This document shows positions 1 to 9,286 of a DNA stretch of 64,000 bases, piece after piece. Position 1 is the stretch's first letter; each line of letters starts with the position of its first letter. The stretch covers positions 2,873,367 through 2,937,366 of the forward strand of contig OY969706.1 of the NCBI GenBank assembly GCA_963702095.1, in the 5' to 3' direction. The position numbers and the translations under genes were made by a program. The notes beneath the pieces were generated by a model, which saw only the letters and a list, made by a program, of their open reading frames with translations, had not been told where the DNA came from and did not search any database. The stretch is from Candidatus Bathyarchaeota archaeon (GTDB lineage Archaea; Thermoproteota; Bathyarchaeia; Bathyarchaeales; Bathycorpusculaceae).

Positions 1-1
1 C

Positions 2-334
2 CTGCGAGGAAGGCCACAACCGTTCGGGGTCGATTAGGTGGGGTGCGCCGCGTAGGTGCACGATGACTTTGGCGTTTGGCAGCGACTTGAGTAATGTGCC
101 TGCTCCGCCGCCGTGGTCAAGGTGAACATGGGTAACCGCCACGTACTGGACTAATTCAGGTTTAATATTTAGTTCCTGCAGGGCACTGAGGAGCCGCGGC
201 ACCGAATTGGTCTGCCTAGACTCCACAAGCAAAGGGGTTTCGCCGCACAGGATGTAGCTGCATATGAGTTGTTTGATGCCGCCTGTTTCAAGTTCAACTT
301 GGTAGAGGTTTCTTCCAATTTGCTTGGTATGCAT
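2..334 (-). CDS. MBL-fold metallo-hydrolase (5' part; runs off the window edge)
   Basis: Own translation from ATG 334: MHTKQIGRNLYQVELETGG...VAVTHVHLDHGGGAG; HxHxDH metal motif; frame open to window start. Confidence 0.85.
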   Translation of the reverse strand, partial: MHTKQIGRNLYQVELETGGIKQLICSYILCGETPLLVESRQTNSVPRLLSALQELNIKPELVQYVAVTHVHLDHGGGAGTLLKSLPNAKVIVHLRGAPHLIDPERLWPSSQ

Positions 335-466
335 AATGGTTCGCCAGAATAATGGTGAAAGAGTATTTTGAAGCATAAACTTTTCCACCAAAAATCCACA
401 AAAAAGATCTCTAAATTTCCCAAAGTTGCTGAGTCGGTTTACCTAATGCCTGACTGTTGAAGGTAA

Positions 467-1021
467 TTATTCTGCTTCTTGAGATAGCCCTTCTTTTTCG
501 GAAAGTGAAATCGGCGGAATTCCTTTATTGACCGGAATTTCCTTTAGAGTCATAGAGGCTGCTTTTTTGGTTTGTGCGTTTGCCCACAAATCAAGAGCCA
601 ACATGATTAAGTAGGGAATGGCTAAGTATAATCCTGCCAAAAAGGGGTTACTTAAAAATGCTACAACAGTGAACAACTGCGTAATGTCAAATTGAGTGTA
701 GGTCAAAAGTAAGCCCTGTATTGAAAGCGCCAAAACAGCCAATATCAAGCAAACCGTGTATTGGACTAAAATGCTTCTCTTTTTGCCCAAAAGCAACGCG
801 GGAATAACAGAAGATAAAACAAAGATCCAAGTAAAGGCGTAAATAAAAACAATCAAGTCGATGTTTTGGCTGATCCATAATGCTACGGTTGGAGAGACAT
901 AGTTAACGTAGACTGCTACGGTTTTAACGGCGGTATCAGTAAATAATTGGTAAGTTACGGTTAATATCCATGAAATAGATAAATACACGGGAGTCAAAAC
1001 ACCCGCTTTAATTTCAAGCAC
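467..1021 (-). CDS. Hypothetical multi-pass membrane protein
   Basis: 184-aa ORF with about 4 hydrophobic segments. Confidence 0.7.
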   Translation of the reverse strand: MLEIKAGVLTPVYLSISWILTVTYQLFTDTAVKTVAVYVNYVSPTVALWISQNIDLIVFIYAFTWIFVLSSVIPALLLGKKRSILVQYTVCLILAVLALSIQGLLLTYTQFDITQLFTVVAFLSNPFLAGLYLAIPYLIMLALDLWANAQTKKAASMTLKEIPVNKGIPPISLSEKEGLSQEAE

Positions 1022-1168
1022 TCTCCTAGGGATACTTACTTAAAACCGAGTGATAGTATTCTTATCAATCTGGCACTTAATAACATATGTGACTACTCAC
1101 CAACTACAACAGAAGGCTGTATTTCATTCAGTAAGTAGCCATGATAGTTTAATTTAAAGTATTCACGT

Positions 1169-2370
1169 CTAAACTACGCAATTGTTGGCTGCTGGGTCAT
1201 CCGCTTTTGGCTCTTGAACAGCTTTTCTTCCAGCAACAAAAGGAATGATTAGAGAAACAATTAACGTCGCAACAATCACTAAAGAGAAACCCGCCTCACT
1301 CAAGAAACCTTCGCTTAAAGCTACCGTTGCGATAACTATGCCGATGGCACCTTTCCCCCCAAGAATACCCGCCAACTGTTTAGGAACCAAATCCACCTTA
1401 GATAAGACTCTTTTTGAGGTAAGATAAGTCAAAGAAACCCCCACACCCAACGCTATTGCTATGAGCAAAGCCATGCCGACATAGAAAAGGTAGTCTATCC
1501 CAGACAACATCACTTCAACCCCTGCAAAACCAAAGAAGAGGGGAACAAAGAAAATACTATTCATGGTGGAAAGCGTCTGAGAAATTCTGTCACAAGCTTT
1601 TCTTCCAATCAAGCCATCATGTAAAAATAACCCTGCAAAGAAAGCGCCTAAAATATAGCTCAGACCAATGTTTTGGAAGACAGCTGAAATGAGTAGGGCA
1701 ATAACGATTAGTAAGGCAAACGCAAAGTCTTGTCTCTTGAAAAATTTTCCCGCTCGGGCTAAAAATTTTTGGAATAATTCTGGTTTTCGATTTAACAAGA
1801 AATCTGAGACAGCATAGAAGCCTATGAAAAGGCAAACTTCAAGTGAAATTTTCTATTGGTCTTAAAATTCCTGCAAGGAAAATAAACGCTAACACATCCG
1901 ATATAGTGACAGGCGCAAGCATAATTTGTCCAGCGGTTGTTTTGATCAGGTTATACTGCCAAATAAGAACGGAAACTATGGAAAGTGAAGGCACAGCAAT
2001 TGCCAGGGCAAGGACAAAAATCTCTGAAGTGCCGAAAGGAAAGATAAGCAGCGCTATAAGCACCATCAAAACCAGTGGAATCAAAAAACTGGTAATTGAG
2101 ATCAAAGAGGCAACTCGGAGTCTTCCCTGTATCATTTGTGTTTTCATTTCAAAGCCGATATGAAATATTATGAAGAACAAAGCGATTGATGAGATGGCTC
2201 TTAAGGGGTCGTCGGCAACGACTAAGCCAAGCAGAGAGGGACCAATTATCATTCCGCTTAGGATTTCTCCAACAACCGAGGGAAGGCGAAAACGCTCGAA
2301 AAGTTCACCCAATAAGATTGCGGCGGCTAGAACAATGAGGATATCGGTTATAATGCTAACGGTTCCACGT
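1169..2370 (-). CDS. CPA2/Kef-type cation:proton antiporter, split by a frameshift near 1838 (start approximate)
   Basis: ORFs 1839-2312 (LPSVVGEILSGMIIGPS) and 1169-1798 (LGAFFAGL, FFVPLFF) are the N- and C-halves of one Na/H exchanger. Confidence 0.8.
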
Positions 2371-2501
2371 GAATCGTTATTACTCTGGTAAAGGGCTATT
2401 TCTTATTTGTGACCGTAAATACAGGCATTATTTGATCTGAACGTAAGAATTAATTTATACACCTACGGAACCTTAGTAATGAAAACTGTGGGTAGAATAT
2501 T

Positions 2502-2849
2502 ATGGCTGTCTTTTCAGTATCAACCTATGTTGTTAAACCCGACAAGCGCAAAGAGCATACAGCTTGGGGCAAGGCTCTTGTTGCATCCATGAAGGAGCAA
2601 CCTGGACTGTTTAAGGAAGTTAGGAGCCTTCGTGTGCTTAGCCAAAAAGACGGCGACACCAGAAGATACCTTGCCATCTGGGAATTCAAAAACCAAGCAG
2701 ACCTCAAAAACTGGCGCAAGAAGCTTCAAAAACTCAAGGAAGGAACTGATTTAACCTCCGATTTCCCGTCTCTGATAGAGCCCGACACTTTTTCAAACAA
2801 CACATGGAAACCTGTCAAGTCAATGCGGAGAGTGCACCCTTCCCAGTAG
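2502..2849 (+). CDS. Small dimeric alpha/beta-barrel (ABM/NIPSNAP-like) protein
   Basis: 115 aa; pattern YVVKPDK...YLAIWEF. Confidence 0.55.
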   Translation: MAVFSVSTYVVKPDKRKEHTAWGKALVASMKEQPGLFKEVRSLRVLSQKDGDTRRYLAIWEFKNQADLKNWRKKLQKLKEGTDLTSDFPSLIEPDTFSNNTWKPVKSMRRVHPSQ

Positions 2850-2933
2850 CAAGACCCAGAAGAAACAGTGCAGACAACAAACCTTAATTATCAAATCCTT
2901 TCTAAAACAAGCAATTAACAGGTGAAAAATTAA

Positions 2934-3587
2934 GTGAAAGCTATTATCTTTGGTGCGCCAGGCGCGGGGAAAGGCACGTATTCCTCGAGGCTGCAGGCTA
3001 AGCTTGGCGTCGACGTTATCGCCATGGGAGACATTTTCCGTGAATCCGTTAAACAGGACTCTGCTTTGGGCAGAAAAGTCAAAAGCTACGTTGAAAAGGG
3101 CGCTTTGGTCCCAGACGACGTAGTCGTGGAAGTCCTAAAAGACCGCTTGGCAAAAGTGCCCAAGGGCAAAGGTTTTATCCTCGACGGGTTCCCACGCACC
3201 ATCGAACAAGCCAAAACCTTGGAAGGCATCACCAAAATCGACGTTATCCTGCAACTCGACGTCCCAGACGAAATCATCATCCAACGCCTCAGCTCCAGAC
3301 GCATTTGCAAGAAATGCGGCGAAGTCTACAACATCCGCTTCTTAAAACCCAAAGTGGAAGGCGTCTGCGACAAATGCGGAGGCGAACTCTACCAACGTGC
3401 AGACGACAACCCTGAAGTCATCAAAAATCGCTTACAAGTCTACAAGGACCAGACTGAACCGTTGATCGAATACTACAAGGAAAAGAATGTTCCCTTCGTC
3501 GTCAGCGGCACTAAAACGCTGGATTCGCCGCCTGACCCAATGGTCGCCAAGATGCTAGATGACCTAAAGAAATTGGGCATCAGCTAA
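2934..3587 (+). CDS. adk: Adenylate kinase
   Basis: GAPGAGKGT P-loop, ILDGFPRT, Zn lid CKKC...CDKC, QRADD. Confidence 0.97.
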   Translation: MKAIIFGAPGAGKGTYSSRLQAKLGVDVIAMGDIFRESVKQDSALGRKVKSYVEKGALVPDDVVVEVLKDRLAKVPKGKGFILDGFPRTIEQAKTLEGITKIDVILQLDVPDEIIIQRLSSRRICKKCGEVYNIRFLKPKVEGVCDKCGGELYQRADDNPEVIKNRLQVYKDQTEPLIEYYKEKNVPFVVSGTKTLDSPPDPMVAKMLDDLKKLGIS

Positions 3588-4051
3588 ATATCAAGGATAA
3601 ACTCCAAGATCACCCGTTCGGGTTCGCGAATAACAACCATAAGGTGGTAGGTTACCGCTTTCACCCCGACTTTTTGAGGGTGTTTTTTGGGGTCAAACTT
3701 TTCTCCCCACACCTTCGCTTTGAACTTGAAGGTTTCAGCGGTTTCTTTCCAATCGCTAATTCCAAATCGACTGTAGAGCATGCCTTCGGTTTCAAATTTT
3801 ACCAACAGAGCCTCAAGCCAATTGTAGAGCAAAGCATACTGATCTTCAGCTTCTACCTCTAAGGACTCCTCGGTGGTCTGGGCGATTTCGGTGCTGTCCG
3901 TCATCGTTTCAAACATGGCCAAAGCCGCGTTCTGGTAGGCTTCTTCCATATTAACTCCATGCGCACGAACGTAGACGTCGGCGGTGTGCTCCAGAAACTC
4001 AAATTTACCCGCAAATTTGTCGGGTTGCGTTTTTTTGTCCTGTTTGCTCAT
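3584..4051 (-). CDS. Archease
   Basis: FEFLEHTAD and VKAVTYH motifs, C-terminal ILDI; likely start ATG 4051. Confidence 0.93.
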   Translation of the reverse strand: MSKQDKKTQPDKFAGKFEFLEHTADVYVRAHGVNMEEAYQNAALAMFETMTDSTEIAQTTEESLEVEAEDQYALLYNWLEALLVKFETEGMLYSRFGISDWKETAETFKFKAKVWGEKFDPKKHPQKVGVKAVTYHLMVVIREPERVILEFILDI

Positions 4052-4115
4052 GCCCAGTAACCTGCTTAAGAACAAGAGGAGTGCGAGGTAAAAACAGTTT
4101 CCCCCAAAAAAACGG

Positions 4116-4577
4116 TTAGAGCCTGCTAATCTTTTCGAGTGCAAGGTAGCTTTCTACTACCGAGCAGATCAGTTTATGGCAAACTTTTTCGAACGCCTTG
4201 TTTTCACGTGCCTTGGCCGCCTGCGCTGGATCAGATAAGTCATATCCAAAGAGGTCTCCACACATTACGGTGCCATGCTGCTTCTCAAACTGCTTAAACA
4301 GGGCCTTAGCAGCGGCGTAAGCCTCTGCACGTTTCTCAACGCCAACCTCGTTGGTGCCATATTTTATGCCGACTGCCATTAATCCGCCTGTTAATGCACC
4401 GCAGACTGAACCACACCTTCCTATGCCGCCGCCAAACCCAGTGGCAATCTTGGGTATAAGCTCATTTTTGCTTTGGGGATCAATGTGCTCTGCCAATGTT
4501 AACAGGACACTCTGTGCGCAGTTGTAGCCGCCTCGAAAGTAAGTCACGGCTTTTTGGCATAGCTCTTCGTTTGACAT
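4116..4577 (-). CDS. C_GCAxxG_C_C family redox-active protein
   Basis: YNCAQS, GFGGGIG, CGALTGG, later conserved Cys residues. Confidence 0.9.
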   Translation of the reverse strand: MSNEELCQKAVTYFRGGYNCAQSVLLTLAEHIDPQSKNELIPKIATGFGGGIGRCGSVCGALTGGLMAVGIKYGTNEVGVEKRAEAYAAAKALFKQFEKQHGTVMCGDLFGYDLSDPAQAAKARENKAFEKVCHKLICSVVESYLALEKISRL

Positions 4578-4590
4578 GGTTTTGGCTTCG

Positions 4591-5634
4591 CTAGAAGTAT
4601 TTGGTGGCTTTCTCTATGGCTGTAGCGGTGAGTTTGGCGCAGTTTTCGATGTCTTTTAAGTTTAGGATGCCGACGGGGCTGTGAATGTAGCGGGTGGGGA
4701 TGGAGATGTTTCCGCTTGGAATCCCCTGCCTTGTGAGGCTTATGCGTGCGGCGTCAGTGCTGCCCAATAAGCCAGATTCGATTTGGAACGGAATCTTTTC
4801 TTTTTCCGCCGTTTCGGTGAGCCACCGCAAAATTTTGGGGTGAGTAATCAAGCCGGAGTCGCTAATGGTGAGTGCCGGTCCCTTGCCCATTTTTACGCTT
4901 GTATCGTATTCCCGTACGCCTGGCACGTCGCCTGCGATGGTTACGTCCAACGCAATTGCTAAGTCGGGGTCAACGCCGAAAGCCGCCACAGCTGCCCCAC
5001 GCAACCCCACCTCTTCCTGCACAGTGCCCACAGCGCAGACAGTGCACTCGGTTTTTTGCAGCAGTTTCATGGCTTCAACCATGACTACGCATCCAGCGCG
5101 GTTATCAAACGCTTTACCCATCGCCACATCGCCGCCCAACTTGGCATATTGGACGTTAAACGCGATTGGGTCGCCGACTGCCACACCCATTTTGACCGCG
5201 TCTTCTTTGCTTTCTGCGCCGATGTCTATGAAGAGGTCGTCGAAGGTGATGATTTTTTTGCGTTCCTCCTCTTTCTGGATATGTGGAGGCTTGGAGCCGA
5301 TGACACCCTGGTACGCGGTTTCTCTGGTGTAGACAACGACCCTCTGTGCGGGTAAGATGCGGTCGTCGATGCCGCCCATTTTGCTGAATTGTATGAAGCC
5401 TTCTTTGGTTAGGGTTTTCACCATTAACCCGACTTCATCCATATGTGCCGCCAACATGATTTTGGGGGCTTTAGCTGCGCCTTTTTTGATGGCTATGACG
5501 TTTTCCATTCGGTCAAATTGGATTTCGTCTGCGTAGGGCTTTAGCATTTCTGCGAGGAGGTCTCGGACTTGGGTTTCTCTGCCCGTGACTCCGCAGGCGT
5601 TTGAAAGTTTCTCTAAGTTCTGGTTCAACGACAA
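4591..5634 (-). CDS. M42 family metallo-aminopeptidase (TET/FrvX-like)
   Basis: AHMDEVG, GGID, KAFDNRAG, QEEVGLRGA, RYIHSP. Confidence 0.95.
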   Translation of the reverse strand: MSLNQNLEKLSNACGVTGRETQVRDLLAEMLKPYADEIQFDRMENVIAIKKGAAKAPKIMLAAHMDEVGLMVKTLTKEGFIQFSKMGGIDDRILPAQRVVVYTRETAYQGVIGSKPPHIQKEEERKKIITFDDLFIDIGAESKEDAVKMGVAVGDPIAFNVQYAKLGGDVAMGKAFDNRAGCVVMVEAMKLLQKTECTVCAVGTVQEEVGLRGAAVAAFGVDPDLAIALDVTIAGDVPGVREYDTSVKMGKGPALTISDSGLITHPKILRWLTETAEKEKIPFQIESGLLGSTDAARISLTRQGIPSGNISIPTRYIHSPVGILNLKDIENCAKLTATAIEKATKYF

Positions 5635-5977
5635 ATCCGTGTGCCTTCTGTTTGTGTGGGGTAAGGTGAGAGATGTTAATTATTAAACGGTTACGGTTGG
5701 GTCATCATAGGCGGAGAGTGCAACATGCGCTTGTAGTTTACTCCACATCTAGACCGCAATACGTTTCCGTTGCAGAACGCAAAACAAAGCCGTCCGCCAA
5801 GTCCGCTGGTAGATGATGAGTAAGGGGCGCTCTGCCTTCATCTAACAATAGAACAACTAAAAGCTCGAAATTTTGATCCGCTGTTATAGGACATAGCGAG
5901 ATTGCGCCTAAATTAGGCTGTGGTAAAGTTAAATAGCACATATCCCCAGTTAGAGAATTAACCCACAGTGACCCCAA

Positions 5978-7267
5978 ATGTTAGATATCAAGCTTATCCG
6001 CGAAAACCCCGCGCTTGTCAGAGAAAACTTGGCGAAACGCAACAGCCCCGAATGCCTCCAAATGCTCGACGACCTAATCGCCCTCGACAAAGATTGGCGC
6101 CTAAACAACACCAAACTAAACGACCTCCGACACGACCGCAAACAATGCACCATAGAAATCGCTAAACTAAAAAAAGCCGGCAAAGAAGCCGACGACGAAG
6201 TCTACAAGGCACAGGATATCGACCAAAAAATCAAATTGATAGAGAAACAAGTCAGCGCGCAAGAAACAAAAATCCGCACTTATCTGCTCACCTTGCCCAA
6301 CCTCCTTGACCCCACAGTGCCCTATGGCAAAGACTCAAACGACAACGTCACAGTCAAAAAATGGGGCACCATCCCCCAGTTCACCTTCCCAGTGAAAAAC
6401 CACATTGACCTCGCCATTGCGCTTGATCAAGTGGACATGGAGCGGGCGGGCAAAGTGGCTGGTGCACGGTTTTTCTACCTCAAAAACGACGTAGCCAGAC
6501 TTGACATGGCACTCATGTGTTTCGCCATCGACGAACTCTCCAAGAAAGGCTACAGTGCAATAGTTCCGCCCTACCTTATGACGCGGGAAGCTTATGAAGG
6601 CGTGACTTCACTGGCGGATTTCGCAGATGTCCTCTACAAGGTGGAAGGCGAAGACCTCTACTTAATCGCCACCAGCGAGCACCCGATGGCAGCCATGTAC
6701 ATGAATGAAACCCTCAAACAAAACGACCTCCCAATCAAGTTGGCGGGGGTAAGCACCTGTTTCCGCAAAGAAGCAGGTGCACACGGAAAAGACACCCGTG
6801 GCATCTTCCGCACCCACCAATTCAACAAGATCGAGCAATTCATTTTCTGCATGCCTGAGGACTCTGTTGGGCTGCATGAGGAACTGCTTGAAAACGCCGA
6901 GGGCATAGTCCAGAAACTCGGATTGGCTTACAGGGTGGTTAACGTCTGCACAGGCGACATAGGCACTGTAGCAGCCAAAAAATACGACATAGAAGCTTGG
7001 ATGCCGGCGCAGGGAGATTACCGCGAAGTGGTCTCCTGCAGCAACTGCACCGACTACCAGGCACGCCGCTTAAACATCAAATACCGCCTAAAAGAAGGCG
7101 CACCCCCGCTGGGCCCAGTCCATACGCTGAACTCAACCGCTGTGGCAACTGGCAGAACCATCGTAGCTATCTTGGAAAACAACCAGAATGAGGATGGCTC
7201 CGTAACTGTTCCTGAAGTGCTAAGAAAATACATGAGCAACATCGAGAAGATAACAGCTAAACACTAA
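5978..7267 (+). CDS. serS: Seryl-tRNA synthetase
   Basis: MLDIKLIR, ATSEHP, CFRKEAGAHGKDTRGIFRTHQF, SCSNCTDYQARR, HTLNST. Confidence 0.98.
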   Translation: MLDIKLIRENPALVRENLAKRNSPECLQMLDDLIALDKDWRLNNTKLNDLRHDRKQCTIEIAKLKKAGKEADDEVYKAQDIDQKIKLIEKQVSAQETKIRTYLLTLPNLLDPTVPYGKDSNDNVTVKKWGTIPQFTFPVKNHIDLAIALDQVDMERAGKVAGARFFYLKNDVARLDMALMCFAIDELSKKGYSAIVPPYLMTREAYEGVTSLADFADVLYKVEGEDLYLIATSEHPMAAMYMNETLKQNDLPIKLAGVSTCFRKEAGAHGKDTRGIFRTHQFNKIEQFIFCMPEDSVGLHEELLENAEGIVQKLGLAYRVVNVCTGDIGTVAAKKYDIEAWMPAQGDYREVVSCSNCTDYQARRLNIKYRLKEGAPPLGPVHTLNSTAVATGRTIVAILENNQNEDGSVTVPEVLRKYMSNIEKITAKH

Positions 7268-7299
7268 ACCCTCTCTGTTGCATCAGTAAATCGACCGCT

Positions 7300-7433
7300 G
7301 GTTTGTTTTTCTTTAGTTGTTGTTGACGAAAACCCTCTATACACAACAACAACCAGCAGGCTGCCCTACAAGTTGCTTTTTGTTTAGTGCCAAAGCCTCT
7401 GGCTGCAGGCTGGTTGTGGAGCAAACCTCAAGC
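7300..7433. repeat. Dispersed ~134-bp palindromic repeat, copy A
   Basis: Matches 23338-23472: TTAGTTGTTGTTG-N18-CAACAACAACC at left and TGCAGGCTGGTTGTGGAGCAAACCwCAAGC at right. Confidence 0.8.
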
Positions 7434-7470
7434 AGAACAGACCCTTTAAGCAATAAAAACAACGAATGTC

Positions 7471-9078
7471 TTAATGCCTGCGCATCCTGAAGTAAACCAG
7501 CAAACCCGCGCCTATGACTACCGCTAATGCAATACCAACGGCTACAACTGTGGCTGTCGGAAAAGGCTCTTGTATGGTAAACGTCTGTGTTTCTGAGATA
7601 CCCATGTTTCCATAGGTATCATTAGCATAGACTACAATGCTGTGCGAGCCTGCTGAGAGCCCAGTTAACGTGGTGTTACCTGTTATGGTGACGTTTTGCT
7701 GCCCATCAAGACTGTAGCCTGTCCAGTTGAGTGGTTTGTTTCCGGTGAATGTTATCGAGATATTGCTTTCAGTGTTTGTCTTGACTGACAGTGGTGAAAC
7801 ATGAATTTCGGGCGGGGTATTTTGTAGCAGATATGTGCCAGTAGTGAATGGTTGCATAAGTGGGTACCTGTCTACGTTCTTTAGGTCGAGTTGATGATAC
7901 CATGTTTTTAGCACGTAGGGGGTGTTGACTATTCCTGTGTTGTCTATTTCAGTAGCGTTGGGATACCTATCGCAGTAATCGCTCCAGTAGTTACCCCCAA
8001 ATGGATAGCCGTCATCCCAAACGTTAACTGGCTCGGCTGAATCAATGGTTGCGGTTTCAGCTTGGACGTCGTTGTTGATGAAATTGTTGTGGTAGATGGT
8101 GTTGTTCGAAACACCCCATATCATTACTCCCTTAGAATTCCCTTCAATTTGATTTCTCGTAATGACATTATTTTGGCCCGCAAAGAAATCTATACCTATA
8201 TCGTTATTCGTCAGGTTATTTCCAGTTACTACGTTTGAATTTCCAGAAATACCGATCCCGGCGCTTGGTGAGCTAAGAGAGTAAAAGTTGTTGCCCGTTT
8301 GAGTTATCGTGTTATTAGCGATAACATTAAACTTTCCGCCAACTATTATACCAAACCAGCCGCCCACAATTGTAAGGTCTGTTACAGTTACATTTGATGC
8401 TTCACTTAATGAAAGTGTATAGACATTTCCTGGGCTGCTTCCACCATAAACTAGAGAATAGCCATTCCCTTTGAGCACTATGTTATCTTTATTCACTGTT
8501 ATTCTTCCTGTTATGTTGTTTGTCAAAGAATAGATGTTGCCGTTTTGTTGGATGGATACGTTTGAGGGGTTTATGCTTTCATCGGCGTTGATGGTGATTT
8601 CAAGCGGAGGCGTATAAGGGGTTTGGGGCATGGTGTTGGGATTGGGAATAACTGTATATGTTGTTTGGGTTTCAGAAGGAAGATAGGTTACTCCATTTTC
8701 AAATGTTTTGCCAAGAAATCTTGCCTTAAGCGTCCATGTGCCCACTGCCGAAGTTAAGTCAGTGTATAAGCCGCCAGTTCTATTGCCGCCGGGGCTGAAA
8801 TTAACTGCAATATTTTTTTCGGTGCCGTCAGGCTGTATGGCGGTGAAGGCAAAGTTGGTGAAGTAATCATGCTCATTTGGTGGAGCAGGGTTTATTGCCA
8901 AGCCAACGTTCGCTATAGTGCCGACAGCAACAGAATTTGTACCGAATGATAAAATAGTTAACGATATGGACGTTTTTACGTACGATTGAGCGCCAACAGA
9001 TGCAGGAGCAATTATTATTAGAACTAAATTTAGAACTAACAGAATGATTAGGACCGGGAGGGGAACATTTTTTTTCAT
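7471..9078 (-). CDS. Secreted right-handed beta-helix (NosD/CASH-like) surface protein with C-terminal TM anchor
   Basis: Signal peptide, NNxI repeats, NTIYHNNFINN, GGNYWSDY, Ig-like tail, TM plus basic end. Confidence 0.85.
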   Translation of the reverse strand: MKKNVPLPVLIILLVLNLVLIIIAPASVGAQSYVKTSISLTILSFGTNSVAVGTIANVGLAINPAPPNEHDYFTNFAFTAIQPDGTEKNIAVNFSPGGNRTGGLYTDLTSAVGTWTLKARFLGKTFENGVTYLPSETQTTYTVIPNPNTMPQTPYTPPLEITINADESINPSNVSIQQNGNIYSLTNNITGRITVNKDNIVLKGNGYSLVYGGSSPGNVYTLSLSEASNVTVTDLTIVGGWFGIIVGGKFNVIANNTITQTGNNFYSLSSPSAGIGISGNSNVVTGNNLTNNDIGIDFFAGQNNVITRNQIEGNSKGVMIWGVSNNTIYHNNFINNDVQAETATIDSAEPVNVWDDGYPFGGNYWSDYCDRYPNATEIDNTGIVNTPYVLKTWYHQLDLKNVDRYPLMQPFTTGTYLLQNTPPEIHVSPLSVKTNTESNISITFTGNKPLNWTGYSLDGQQNVTITGNTTLTGLSAGSHSIVVYANDTYGNMGISETQTFTIQEPFPTATVVAVGIALAVVIGAGLLVYFRMRRH

Positions 9079-9286
9079 GCTATCAACCTCTTAACTAATG
9101 CGTATACTGAAAAGTTTGTTTAAGCTTGCGTATCTCCCTCATGTTTGTTACTTCATTCAGGTCTATGGTATTCAAGGGTTTTTCAAGGAGCATTTTTGAG
9201 AGACCTCATCGAAATTCTTCTTTTTTAGTGAAACTGACGGTATAAAAATAAAAAAGGGAAAATTTTAGCCTAGTCAGCGATCGCAT

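Noticed and set aside
5640-5975. serS upstream region with ATGATGA motifs as a C/D sRNA or leader
   Set aside because: No properly placed box D (CTGA) or convincing structure.
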